14,195 nt of DNA from Abditibacteriaceae bacterium (GTDB taxonomy: Bacteria; Armatimonadota; Abditibacteriia; Abditibacteriales; Abditibacteriaceae). The position numbers and the translations under genes are program-made. Position 1 is the first letter of the stretch. Every line of letters starts with the position of its first letter. Below the pieces are notes generated by a model. That model saw only the letters and a program-made list of their open reading frames with translations, had not been told where the DNA came from and searched no databases. Where the stretch lies: the NCBI GenBank assembly GCA_031372065.1, contig JANMKN010000335.1:1-14195 (forward strand), read 5' to 3'. Below, piece after piece: positions 1-8,300 of the stretch.

Positions 1-293
1 CGCCGGGCGAATGGGTTTCGCTGATGCGGGCGCCGGTTTACTATTTTGAAGGCGAAAAATCGTTTTACGTCGCCGATGCCAAATGGATGGAAGCCAATGC
101 GCAACGTCAGGGCATAGATTTGCGCGCCTATATTATCGAGCGCAACGATCATTTTACAATCGTCAATCCAATCATCAAAGCCATCGCGCAGAAGATTCAA
201 AACGACACTGGTCCGGCAGTGAATATCAGTTTCAGCGCCGATGAATTCAAGGCACTTTTTCCACCGGACGCGCCCATTAGCGTGACAAAATAA
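1..293 (+). CDS. C-terminal part of an alpha/beta-fold hydrolase (S9 peptidase/esterase-like), truncated by the window start
   Basis: The frame is open from base 3 (PGEWVSLMRAPVYYFEGEKS...ERNDHFTIVNPIIKAIAQKIQNDTG...) to TAA at 291-293. P-x-x-x-F-E-G followed by a D-H-F motif resembles the acid-strand and catalytic His region of alpha/beta hydrolases. The nucleophile motif would lie outside the window. Confidence 0.6.
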   Translation, partial: PGEWVSLMRAPVYYFEGEKSFYVADAKWMEANAQRQGIDLRAYIIERNDHFTIVNPIIKAIAQKIQNDTGPAVNISFSADEFKALFPPDAPISVTK

Positions 294-296
294 GGC

Positions 297-1433
297 TCAC
301 AACCCGCGTAAAAATTCGGCGAGTTGAAGGCGTGTTGGGCTTTGCGCGTGGCGCACATAAAAGCCACTGGTCGCCACGCCGCATTGCAGCGATTCTTCCA
401 AAGTGCCGCCGCATAAAGAACCCGCGCAAAAACCAGCGTTGAAATGATCGCCCGCGCCGGTTGTGATTTTCGGTTTGGGCGTGAATGGCCCGTCTACAAC
501 AGCCCATTCTGTGGAACTGGCCGCTGCCGCAAACGCTGTCGGATGCACCGCGCAAACGCTAATGCCTAATTTCTCACGCACGCCGACGGCAAAGCCGCGA
601 ATCTCTTCCCGATGCTCTGAAGTATTGCGTTCCAGACCTTCATCGGCGCCCGGTAAACCGAGATTTTGCACGACTTGCTGCGCTTCTTTTTCGTTGAGCG
701 CCAAAATAACATCGTGCCATTTTTGGAATTTCGCAATGGTTAGCAGCGCCTCGTTTAAATCGCTCGCCGTGCGCTTTTCAGGGTCGGCCAAATCAAAAAA
801 TAAGGTCTTGCGTGGTTCCACAGGCTCAGTTTCAAGGCGCTCTTGCATTTCTTGCCAAAATTCCGTTAAATGCGGCAACATTGTCCAGTTGACGATGCCG
901 GCAAACTGCGCGGCGTGCCACGCCACGCGCCACGCCACATCACCGACGCGCTCCTGCAAATTTTGCCATGACACTTGCGCCACATTTTCGTGTTTGCCAA
1001 CGATCAGTTTGCCATCCTCGAATTCGTAGGCGTCGGTCAGCGCCGCATCAGAAATCGGCAGCATTTTGGCGCGACTTGCCAATTCTTTGAAAACGTCTTG
1101 CGTGTGCGGAAAGCCCGTCATGCCGCAATATGTGATGGGCGCGCCTAAAGCCGCCATCGCGTTCGCCATAATCGGGCCGTTGCCGCCTAATTTCACGGCT
1201 TGCACCACTAATTCGATGTTGGTGCTTTGGCCCGACGCATCCAAAATGCGCTTGCCAAAGGCTTTGATGGTTTGGACGCGCGTGTATTCGGTGGCCGATT
1301 GGCGCTTGTCCACGACGTGTAAAATGGTGTCTATGAACCCGTCAAAACCAATTAACGAGGGCATTTCATCCAAATGATGCCCGTTTTTATCCAACAACTG
1401 CGCGGTGCGAAGTGCTAACTCGTGATTGCTCAT
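297..1433 (-). CDS. PfkB/ribokinase-family carbohydrate kinase
   Basis: 378 aa. It has N-terminal GFDGFID, the GGNGPIMANAMAALG PfkB signature 1-like segment, NEKEA, and the C-terminal anion-hole motif TTGAGDHFNAGF. Confidence 0.88.
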   Translation of the reverse strand: MSNHELALRTAQLLDKNGHHLDEMPSLIGFDGFIDTILHVVDKRQSATEYTRVQTIKAFGKRILDASGQSTNIELVVQAVKLGGNGPIMANAMAALGAPITYCGMTGFPHTQDVFKELASRAKMLPISDAALTDAYEFEDGKLIVGKHENVAQVSWQNLQERVGDVAWRVAWHAAQFAGIVNWTMLPHLTEFWQEMQERLETEPVEPRKTLFFDLADPEKRTASDLNEALLTIAKFQKWHDVILALNEKEAQQVVQNLGLPGADEGLERNTSEHREEIRGFAVGVREKLGISVCAVHPTAFAAAASSTEWAVVDGPFTPKPKITTGAGDHFNAGFCAGSLCGGTLEESLQCGVATSGFYVRHAQSPTRLQLAEFLRGL

Positions 1434-1493
1434 AGACTACTTCATAGGATGCCAGATTTGAGGCGTATTCTGCCAGTTGCTGCCCTGATTCCC

Positions 1494-2345
1494 ATGACCA
1501 TCACCGAAATTTACCGCGAAGCCCTAACGCTTTTACGCGCCGCCCATCACGACGAAAACGAAGCGCGCCTCATCGCCAGATTGTTAGCCGACGACGCGGC
1601 CCAAACACGTTTTGCGCATTTATCGCAGCCGGAAAAATTTTTGGATGAAGCCACCAAAAATCGCTGGCGCGAGCAATTAAATCGCGTGGCGTGGGGCGAG
1701 CCGCTGCCTTATGTTTTGGGTCATCAGGAATTTTTCGGCTTAGATTTTTTCTGCGATGCCCGCGCTTTAATTCCGCGCCCGGAAACCGAATTATTAGTCG
1801 AATTTGCCGCAGAGTGCTTGGAACATTATTCTGCGCCGCACCTCGCCGATTTGGGCACCGGCAGCGGCTGCATCGCGGTTTCACTTGCCTATCATTTGCC
1901 CAATGCGCAAGTTTGGGCTACGGATATTTCGTCCGCCGCGTTGGAATTGGCCCGCGCCAACGCGCAAAAACACAATGTCGAAAATCGCGTGCATTTTCAG
2001 CAAGGCCAAAGCGAAAAGTGGGCCGCGCCGTTGGGAAAATTAACCTTCGATGCCATTGTTTCCAATCCTCCTTACATTGCGCGCGGCGAAATCGAAACAC
2101 TGCAAACGTCGGTGGCCGCGCACGAACCGCACAGCGCGCTGGATGGCGGCGCTGATGGCCTCGATTGTTATCGCGCGCTTGCCGCCCAATGTCGCATTTT
2201 GCTCCATCCCAGCGGCTTTTTCGCCTGTGAACTGGGCGCCGGACAGTTTGACAATGTGAAAATCATTTTCGAGAGCAAAGGCTGGACTGTCGATTCGCCG
2301 CTTTACGATTTACAAGAAATCGCGCGCGTTTTAATAGCGAGGTGA
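1494..2345 (+). CDS. prmC: peptide chain release factor N5-glutamine methyltransferase (HemK/PrmC)
   Basis: Motifs GEPLPYVLG, ALIPRPETE, SAM-binding DLGTGSGCIA, SNPPY and ALDGGADGLD are present. I placed the start at ATG 1494 (MTITEIYREAL) because the ORF-track start at 1422 overlaps the divergent kinase gene. Confidence 0.95.
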   Translation: MTITEIYREALTLLRAAHHDENEARLIARLLADDAAQTRFAHLSQPEKFLDEATKNRWREQLNRVAWGEPLPYVLGHQEFFGLDFFCDARALIPRPETELLVEFAAECLEHYSAPHLADLGTGSGCIAVSLAYHLPNAQVWATDISSAALELARANAQKHNVENRVHFQQGQSEKWAAPLGKLTFDAIVSNPPYIARGEIETLQTSVAAHEPHSALDGGADGLDCYRALAAQCRILLHPSGFFACELGAGQFDNVKIIFESKGWTVDSPLYDLQEIARVLIAR

Positions 2346-2361
2346 ATTCTAAAATGTGAAT

Positions 2362-2874
2362 TTATTCGTTACGAGGGCGGCCTGATTGTTTGAATTGGGC
2401 GGCGCCGCGTGGTGAATTGGGAAACGGGGGCAGGCTATAGCGATAGGAACGCCGCAATAAACAAAGCAAGCGCCCGATTAAAAGCGGTTCTGCGTAAGGA
2501 AAAAGAATGCAATCATCAGCGCCGGTGTTCAGGCATTGAATCTGATGCTGCATTTCGATGCGGGAAGTGAGATAAATCAGCGGCACCGACGAAATTTCGC
2601 GCAGTTTTTCGCAAAATTTCAGGCCCGTTGTGCCCGCTAAGGTGTCGCCGACAATTAAAATTTGCGGATGCCACGCGCGGATTTGCTCTAACGCGGTGTC
2701 TTCGCCCAGCACGCGGCGAGGGTCGAGGCGTTCGACCTTTTTCAAGGTGTTCAGTAACTGTTGACCGATGGCCTCGCCTGCCTCGACAATCAACACCCGT
2801 GACGGACTGCGACGTTCGTGTGAGGGGTTTGGCTCAATGCGGGGCGCAAAAGTGGAGGGAGAAGTTACAGTCAT
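2362..2874 (-). CDS. stand-alone OmpR-like receiver-domain protein with a degenerate phosphorylation site (pseudo-receiver)
   Basis: Segments RVLIVE...PQILIVGDTLAGTTGLKFCEKLRE...VPLIYLTSR...CLNTGADDCILFPY...LIGRLLCLLRRS follow the REC pattern. Only about 27 residues follow, so there is no winged-helix output domain. Confidence 0.8.
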   Translation of the reverse strand: MTVTSPSTFAPRIEPNPSHERRSPSRVLIVEAGEAIGQQLLNTLKKVERLDPRRVLGEDTALEQIRAWHPQILIVGDTLAGTTGLKFCEKLREISSVPLIYLTSRIEMQHQIQCLNTGADDCILFPYAEPLLIGRLLCLLRRSYRYSLPPFPNSPRGAAQFKQSGRPRNE

Positions 2875-2968
2875 GGAATTTCCGTTTCAAGAAAAATTCA
2901 ACAGCGTTTTCAATATCCCAGTCTTGCCATAAAACGAAACATATTTGAGCCAAACGCAATTTTGCCTG

Positions 2969-2997
2969 TTGACGCAACGCGCGGGCTTTGCCATGCT
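2969..2997 (+). promoter_or_regulatory. putative sigma70-type promoter for bioB
   Basis: TTGACG (2969-2974), a 17-bp spacer and CATGCT (2992-2997), with TG at 2989-2990 as an extended -10. Confidence 0.55.
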
Positions 2998-3006
2998 GAA
3001 ATCGCA

Positions 3007-4002
3007 ATGAATTCTTTGACAATGACCGATTTTCAAGAACTGGCCGACCTTTCCCTGCGCGGCGAAATCCTTTCGCGGCAGCAAGCGCAGTCCATCATGG
3101 CCGCCGACGAAGCGCAACTTGATGAACTTCTCACCGCCGCTTTGCGCGTGCGCGAAACGTATTTTGGGCGTCGCGTCAAAATGTGCGTTTTGCTTAACGC
3201 GCAAAGCGGCATTTGCCCGGAAGATTGCCATTATTGTTCGCAATCGAAAATATCTAAAGCGCTGGTTGATAAATACAAACTTTTGCCCGAAGATGTCATG
3301 GTGCAGCGCGCCAAAGACGCCGCCGCATCGGGCGCAGGCCGTTTTTGCATTGTCATCGCCGCACGCGGGCCGCAGCAACGCGATATTGACCGCATCAGCG
3401 CCGCCACAAAGCGCATCAAAAGCGATCCGGTTTCGCAAAACATCGAAATTTGCGCCTCGCTGGGCTTGATGAATCTCGAACAATGCCAGCAACTCAAAGA
3501 TTCCGGCGTGGATTACGTCAATCACAACCTGAACACATCCGAAAGCCACTACGAAAAAATTTGCAGCACGCACTCGTATGCCGACCGCGTGGAAACGCTA
3601 AACAACGTCAAAAGCGCCGGATTGCAAACCTGTAGCGGAGGCATCATCGGTTTGGGCGAAAGCGACGAAGATTTAATTGATATGGCTTTCGCTTTGCGCG
3701 CGATGAATATCGAAAGCATTCCCGTGAATATGCTGCTCTCGCTCGATGGCACGCCGCTCGAAGGCCAAGAAGATGTTGACCCCAACCGCGCTTTGAAAAC
3801 GCTGTGCCTGATGCGCCTTATGAACCCCGACAAAGAAGTGCGCGTTTCAGCGGGCCGCGAACGATTGGGCGAAAAACAAGCCCTCGCGCTTTACGCCGCC
3901 AATTCGCTGTTTGTAGATGGTTATCTCACCACACCCGGCGACCCGCACGGCGAAGTGAAAAACTGGATTGAAGCAGCGGGTTTTGAAGTGGAATCAGGAT
4001 GA
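3007..4002 (+). CDS. bioB: biotin synthase (radical SAM)
   Basis: CPEDCHYC (CxxxCxxC), GRFCIV, ICASLG, NHNLNT, TCSGGIIGLGES, SIPVN, RVSAGRE and ANSLFVDGYLTT are present. The start is ATG 3007, with ATG 3022 as an alternative. Confidence 0.96.
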   Translation: MNSLTMTDFQELADLSLRGEILSRQQAQSIMAADEAQLDELLTAALRVRETYFGRRVKMCVLLNAQSGICPEDCHYCSQSKISKALVDKYKLLPEDVMVQRAKDAAASGAGRFCIVIAARGPQQRDIDRISAATKRIKSDPVSQNIEICASLGLMNLEQCQQLKDSGVDYVNHNLNTSESHYEKICSTHSYADRVETLNNVKSAGLQTCSGGIIGLGESDEDLIDMAFALRAMNIESIPVNMLLSLDGTPLEGQEDVDPNRALKTLCLMRLMNPDKEVRVSAGRERLGEKQALALYAANSLFVDGYLTTPGDPHGEVKNWIEAAGFEVESG

Positions 4003-4128
4003 TTCACCGCAGAGACGCAAAATGAGAGAAGAGGAGAGACGGAGATAGGGAAAAGGGAGATTTTTTCTGCATCTGCTTGCCCGCCCTTCTCGTGTCTCCA
4101 TGTCTTTTCTCTGCGTCTCTGCAGTGAA
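4003..4128. repeat. intergenic palindromic (REP/MITE-like) element with 17-bp terminal inverted repeats and internal degenerate 8-mer arrays
   Basis: TTCACCGCAGAGACGCA (4003-4019) pairs with TGCGTCTCTGCAGTGAA (4112-4128) at 16 of 17 positions. The left arm is purine-rich and the right arm pyrimidine-rich. Confidence 0.85.
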
Positions 4129-4145
4129 ATCAAAAAAGGATTTTT

Positions 4146-4925
4146 ATGTTGCGCAGTGTGAATGAACTTCATGGTTACGGATTGCACGCCAGTGATGGCG
4201 ACATTGGCCATGCCGATGAATTTTTCTTTGACGATCACGAATGGGCCGTGCGTTATTTAGTGGCGAACACCGGCACATGGCTGCCCGGCAAGCAAGTTTT
4301 GATTTCGCCGATTGCCATCACGCGCGCCGATTGGGGCAACAGTAAATTGCACGTCAATCTCACGCGCGAACAAGTCAAAAATTCGCCGGGCGTGGATGCT
4401 CACCGGCCTTTGTCGCGCCGCTGGGAAGCGGGCTATCACGCCTATTACGAATGGCCGGCATATTGGGCCGGTGCAGCATTGTGGGGCGTGGCAGCGTATC
4501 CTTCGCTTTTGGCCGAGCAGGAACCAGAGCCAGCGGAACTGGATTCAGGCGAAGAAGATTCGCACCTCGAAAGCACCAGCGATTTGACCGGTTATCAAAT
4601 CCACGCCGCCGACGGCGACATTGGTCACGTCACCGATTTCATCGTGGACGACAGCAACTGGGCCATTCGTTATTTGGTGATTGACACCGGCGCATGGTGG
4701 CCCGGCAAAAAAGTTTTGCTGGCTCCGGCCTGGATCGAAGGAGTGAAATGGGCCGATGCCAAAGTTCATACACTGCTCACCCGTGAAGCCATTCAAAGCA
4801 GCCCAGCTTTTGATTCCAATTTGCCCGTGACACGCGATTACGAAGTCGAACTTTTCACGCACTACGGCCAAACCCAATACTGGGATGTCGAAGGCCACGA
4901 AAAACATCGCGCCGAAAATCCATAA
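4146..4925 (+). CDS. tandem PRC-barrel domain protein
   Basis: There are two internal repeats 139 aa apart: LHGYGLHASDGDIGHADEFFFDDHEWAVRYLVANTGTWLPGKQVLISP and LTGYQIHAADGDIGHVTDFIVDDSNWAIRYLVIDTGAWWPGKKVLLAP. An AAGGA RBS lies at 4136-4140. Confidence 0.9.
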   Translation: MLRSVNELHGYGLHASDGDIGHADEFFFDDHEWAVRYLVANTGTWLPGKQVLISPIAITRADWGNSKLHVNLTREQVKNSPGVDAHRPLSRRWEAGYHAYYEWPAYWAGAALWGVAAYPSLLAEQEPEPAELDSGEEDSHLESTSDLTGYQIHAADGDIGHVTDFIVDDSNWAIRYLVIDTGAWWPGKKVLLAPAWIEGVKWADAKVHTLLTREAIQSSPAFDSNLPVTRDYEVELFTHYGQTQYWDVEGHEKHRAENP

Positions 4926-4938
4926 AAGCGCTAAAACT

Positions 4939-7900
4939 TCATTCCTCATCCATTAAAAATGGCAAAAACGCAATTTCATCCAACGCGGTTTGCTTTGTTA
5001 TGCTGCCGGCTAACAGCGGGCCGAATTCTTTGAGGCGAAACGAAAGTTGTTCGCGCGGCGTGTTTGTCATCGAAGTTTCGGCAAGTGACGCGTCAAAGGG
5101 CAACGCAGCGGCGGGCAACAGCAAATTGGCGAAGGAATTAAAGTCAAGTTTTTGTTGATTTAAACGCGGCTTTACCACACTAAACCACTCGCGGGCTACG
5201 CCCAGATACGAATCCTGCAAAGCTAAAATCAGAAAAACATCGTGATGAAAAAAGCCTTGTGTTTTGTCGGTGGAAAATTCCGAGAAGCGCCCGCGCACTT
5301 GCAAAGCGCGCCATGCCCATTGCGGCGCTTCGGGCAGTTTTAAACGGCGTCCAAGCGTGGCACAATCAGCCAACAACATAGCCCGAACTTCGATTTCGTT
5401 CCAATCCATCTGTTCAGGAGTTTGCATCGCAAGGCGAGCCGTTTCGCAGGCACATTTTGCTGAAAACGCGGCGTTGCGATGCAAACTGGCACGCGCAAGC
5501 CATAATAATTTCGCGGCGCGGTTATTATCGCGTTTCTCCTTCATCGCCAACATATAAGCCGCTTGCAAATCGTTGCGCGCCAAGCGCCGCAGAGATGGGC
5601 TTTTATCTTCTAAATTCCTCAGCGCGTATTTCTTTTTTTCGCTTTCGAGCAACGGATTAAGCAGCGCGCGGGCTGCGTTTTCATTAAGAGAAACCAGCGA
5701 ATGCGCCACCGCAATGCGCGCTTCATCATCGGGCCGCGCAATTCCAATGTTAGTCGCAATTTTCGCAGCCTCGCGCAATAAATCGTCGCCGCCCACGCGC
5801 TGATAATCCTTGAACAATTCACCCAAACGCGCTAAATAACGCGCTTTTTGGGCCGGAGTTGTCATGGCGCGCGTGGCGGCTAAGGCCGCAGCAAAAAAAT
5901 GCGGCGCGTCTGCCGGATAGGATACCGCAGCGTATTCGGCGGCAGACAGTAAAACGCCCGCGCGCAAGGCGGCGCTTTGGATGCCATTCCATTGCGCCAT
6001 CGCCCGTTGCAGGTTGTGTTTTTCGTAATACGAATCGGCGCCGCGCGCGGCGATAACGGCGTCGCGCGATGCCTTTGTTTTGGCAAGTTTCCAAGCCAAA
6101 TCGCCATCAAAACGCGCCAGCAAATCGAACAATTGATAATTTTTCGGATCAAGTGCAATCGCTTTGCTCAACCACTTCACAGCAAACGGACGCACATTGT
6201 AAGTTGGCAGCGCAGGAGCGGCGCCCAACATGATAGAAACGGCTTTGCCCTGCCACACCGCGCCGCCGATGACACCATTTTTTTCGGCCAATAAAATCAG
6301 CGCCGCCGCCGATAAATTGTTCAACACAAAAGCGCCGTTGGCTTGGCTTTCGGCGGCGTTCAAAGCGGTTTTGGATGGTTCGGTTTCCATTTCGACGGCC
6401 CAAAGGCGGGCACCGGAAACCGGATGTTTCTGCGCATCAAAGACTATGCCCGTCGCCACAGAAGAACGTCCTCGCAAGGTTAGGAAAACAGTTTTGTTTT
6501 GCCCCGGCGCAGCTTGCCATTCGGCAGTTGTGGCGCTATCGTGTGCGGGCGCCGCAGCACTCAAAATATATTTCGCATCCGGCCACAAAGCGCCCATTGT
6601 GGCTATGCCGTTTTTATCAAACGAAATTGGCTTTTCGCGTCGCTCTAAATGGCGCGCTATGCTCAGTTTTCCTTGCGCGTTGTCGATAGTTTTCCCGGCT
6701 TCATCCACCAAACGCACTTTCAATTTCGCGCCCCCACTTTTTAAAGACAGCGTGACTTGCGTTGTGCCTTGCGGTTGCTTTTTGGGCAAAGCAAAATGCG
6801 CCGCGTCACGCGCTTCGACAGAAAACGGCGTGTTAGAGGGCACATCGTGAAAAACCGCATTGCCATTGACATCGCTACGTGCAAAATCAGAAAAATATAT
6901 CCCTTTTTTCGGCATAAGATGAACCTGCGCACCCGCTGCCGACGCGCCTTTATCATTAACGACACGCACCGCAACATCGTGGGCGCGCAGCAAAGTCAAA
7001 TCAGGCGCGATTTTCGGCGTGGCGTCGCTGACTTTTATGACTAACCTATCGCCTTCCCATTGCCGCGCCCAGCCGCGCGGCGCTTTCTCGAACTGCAACA
7101 CATAGGAATCAGGCGAGGCAAAAAATTGATAGCGTCCGTTTGCGTCCGTGGTTGCCACACGCCGGAATAATTGCGCGTTTTGCTGATAAGCGCCAACTCT
7201 AACATTGGCTGCCAAAGTGCCGTCGTCGTGCATGACGCGGCCCGAAACAAGCGCGGTTTTGACGATTTTCGCGGGCAGAATTACATTTTGGTTTTCGCCT
7301 TCGCGCATCGTCACCGAAACTTCGCTGAACAGTTGATTTTCTTGCGTTGATTCGCTGTAAATCGTGAATTTCACCGCGCCAAGCGGCGCGTCTTCAAAAG
7401 CGAAATTGCCGTTTTCGTCAACATCTGCAAGCATTGCGCCGCGCGACCAGTCGCCTTTGAAATGCGCCTGCACTTTGGTATTTTTGAAATCAAAAGGCGC
7501 ATCGCTCTTGATCGTGCCATGCAAAGCGGCGCGACGCTGCAATGTCACATCAAGAACCGGCGTTTTTTTCCAGTTATCAAAGTCTTCAGCATGAAAGCCG
7601 GGCGCTTCGATAAAGAAGGCATTCACGCCCTGCTTAAAAGCGAAAACCGAGCGCGTTTCGCCTTTTGCGTCGGTTTTCGTGCCTAAAATGCGCGATAACG
7701 TCGCCGGAAGGCGCGGAATACTCTTGTTTTCCATCCAATCCGGCCCGTCTTCGACTAAAAAAGTCGGACGCACAAAAGCATTGACTACCGGCTGGCCATT
7801 GGAATCTTTCACGCGAACACGCGTTGAAACGGGCGCAGCAAGACGCAGATAAATTAAATCTGTGCTATTTGAAATTTGCGCGAAAGCCGGACTCGCCGAG

Positions 7901-8187
7901 CTTTGCCACGCGACAATTGTCGGCAGGTAACTGGACGTTTTTTCGCTGGATAAATCCGGCACGTTAAGCACGAACTTTCCTGACACGTCGGCTTTTCCTC
8001 GCACACAAAAAAGCGGCTTTTCTTCATCGAAAACCGGCGCGTCCTCATCCCATTGAAAGCACGCCAATTGCGCAGCAGCCGCCGCTTTTCCATCGGCTTG
8101 TAAAACGGTGCCGCGCAAGATGGCGGCGCGAGATGAAGCGCATAACATCAAGACGCAAAGGGCAAGACAGGGAGTTTTTTTCATCAT
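4939..8187 (-). CDS. large secreted protein with multiple carboxypeptidase-regulatory-like (transthyretin-like beta-sandwich) repeats and an alpha-helical C-terminal region
   Basis: Probable start is ATG 8187 or 8184 (MMKKTPCLALCVLMLCASSRAA, signal-peptide-like). Recurrent G/V-x-V-x-D-x-x-G-x-P/A-x-x-x-A-x-V ... T/S-D-x-x-G-x-x-x-F motifs occur, followed by an Ala/Leu-rich helical tail. Confidence 0.75.
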   Translation of the reverse strand: MMKKTPCLALCVLMLCASSRAAILRGTVLQADGKAAAAAQLACFQWDEDAPVFDEEKPLFCVRGKADVSGKFVLNVPDLSSEKTSSYLPTIVAWQSSASPAFAQISNSTDLIYLRLAAPVSTRVRVKDSNGQPVVNAFVRPTFLVEDGPDWMENKSIPRLPATLSRILGTKTDAKGETRSVFAFKQGVNAFFIEAPGFHAEDFDNWKKTPVLDVTLQRRAALHGTIKSDAPFDFKNTKVQAHFKGDWSRGAMLADVDENGNFAFEDAPLGAVKFTIYSESTQENQLFSEVSVTMREGENQNVILPAKIVKTALVSGRVMHDDGTLAANVRVGAYQQNAQLFRRVATTDANGRYQFFASPDSYVLQFEKAPRGWARQWEGDRLVIKVSDATPKIAPDLTLLRAHDVAVRVVNDKGASAAGAQVHLMPKKGIYFSDFARSDVNGNAVFHDVPSNTPFSVEARDAAHFALPKKQPQGTTQVTLSLKSGGAKLKVRLVDEAGKTIDNAQGKLSIARHLERREKPISFDKNGIATMGALWPDAKYILSAAAPAHDSATTAEWQAAPGQNKTVFLTLRGRSSVATGIVFDAQKHPVSGARLWAVEMETEPSKTALNAAESQANGAFVLNNLSAAALILLAEKNGVIGGAVWQGKAVSIMLGAAPALPTYNVRPFAVKWLSKAIALDPKNYQLFDLLARFDGDLAWKLAKTKASRDAVIAARGADSYYEKHNLQRAMAQWNGIQSAALRAGVLLSAAEYAAVSYPADAPHFFAAALAATRAMTTPAQKARYLARLGELFKDYQRVGGDDLLREAAKIATNIGIARPDDEARIAVAHSLVSLNENAARALLNPLLESEKKKYALRNLEDKSPSLRRLARNDLQAAYMLAMKEKRDNNRAAKLLWLARASLHRNAAFSAKCACETARLAMQTPEQMDWNEIEVRAMLLADCATLGRRLKLPEAPQWAWRALQVRGRFSEFSTDKTQGFFHHDVFLILALQDSYLGVAREWFSVVKPRLNQQKLDFNSFANLLLPAAALPFDASLAETSMTNTPREQLSFRLKEFGPLLAGSITKQTALDEIAFLPFLMDEE

Positions 8188-8245
8188 CGCACATTGGAGA
8201 ACCAATTGGGGCGCAAAGTTCGTTAGATAAATTTTCAGGTTTATC

Positions 8246-8283
8246 AACAAAAACTCCCGCGATAATTAAATCGAGGGAGTTTG
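8246..8283 (-). terminator. intrinsic terminator downstream of the lipoprotein gene
   Basis: The minus strand reads AAACTCCCTCGAT-TTAATT-ATCGCGGGAGTTTTTGTT, a hairpin followed by a U tract, about 18 nt after the stop at 8301. Confidence 0.75.
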
Positions 8284-8300
8284 CTTTTGAGATTCAGGCG

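Noticed and set aside
2945..2975. Possible BirA half-site (GTTGAC) upstream of bioB
   Set aside because: There is no matching left half at the right spacing, and it coincides with the -35 box.
4003..4128. CRISPR array, tRNA or autonomous IS interpretation of the repeats
   Set aside because: There is no repeat-spacer structure, cloverleaf, transposase or clear target-site duplication.
3921..4238. 105-aa minus-strand ORF crossing the palindromic element
   Set aside because: It overlaps two real genes antisense, and the middle is translated low-complexity repeat.
8188..8250. TTG-started extension of the large protein
   Set aside because: It begins in the terminator U tract, while the signal peptide starts at 8187.
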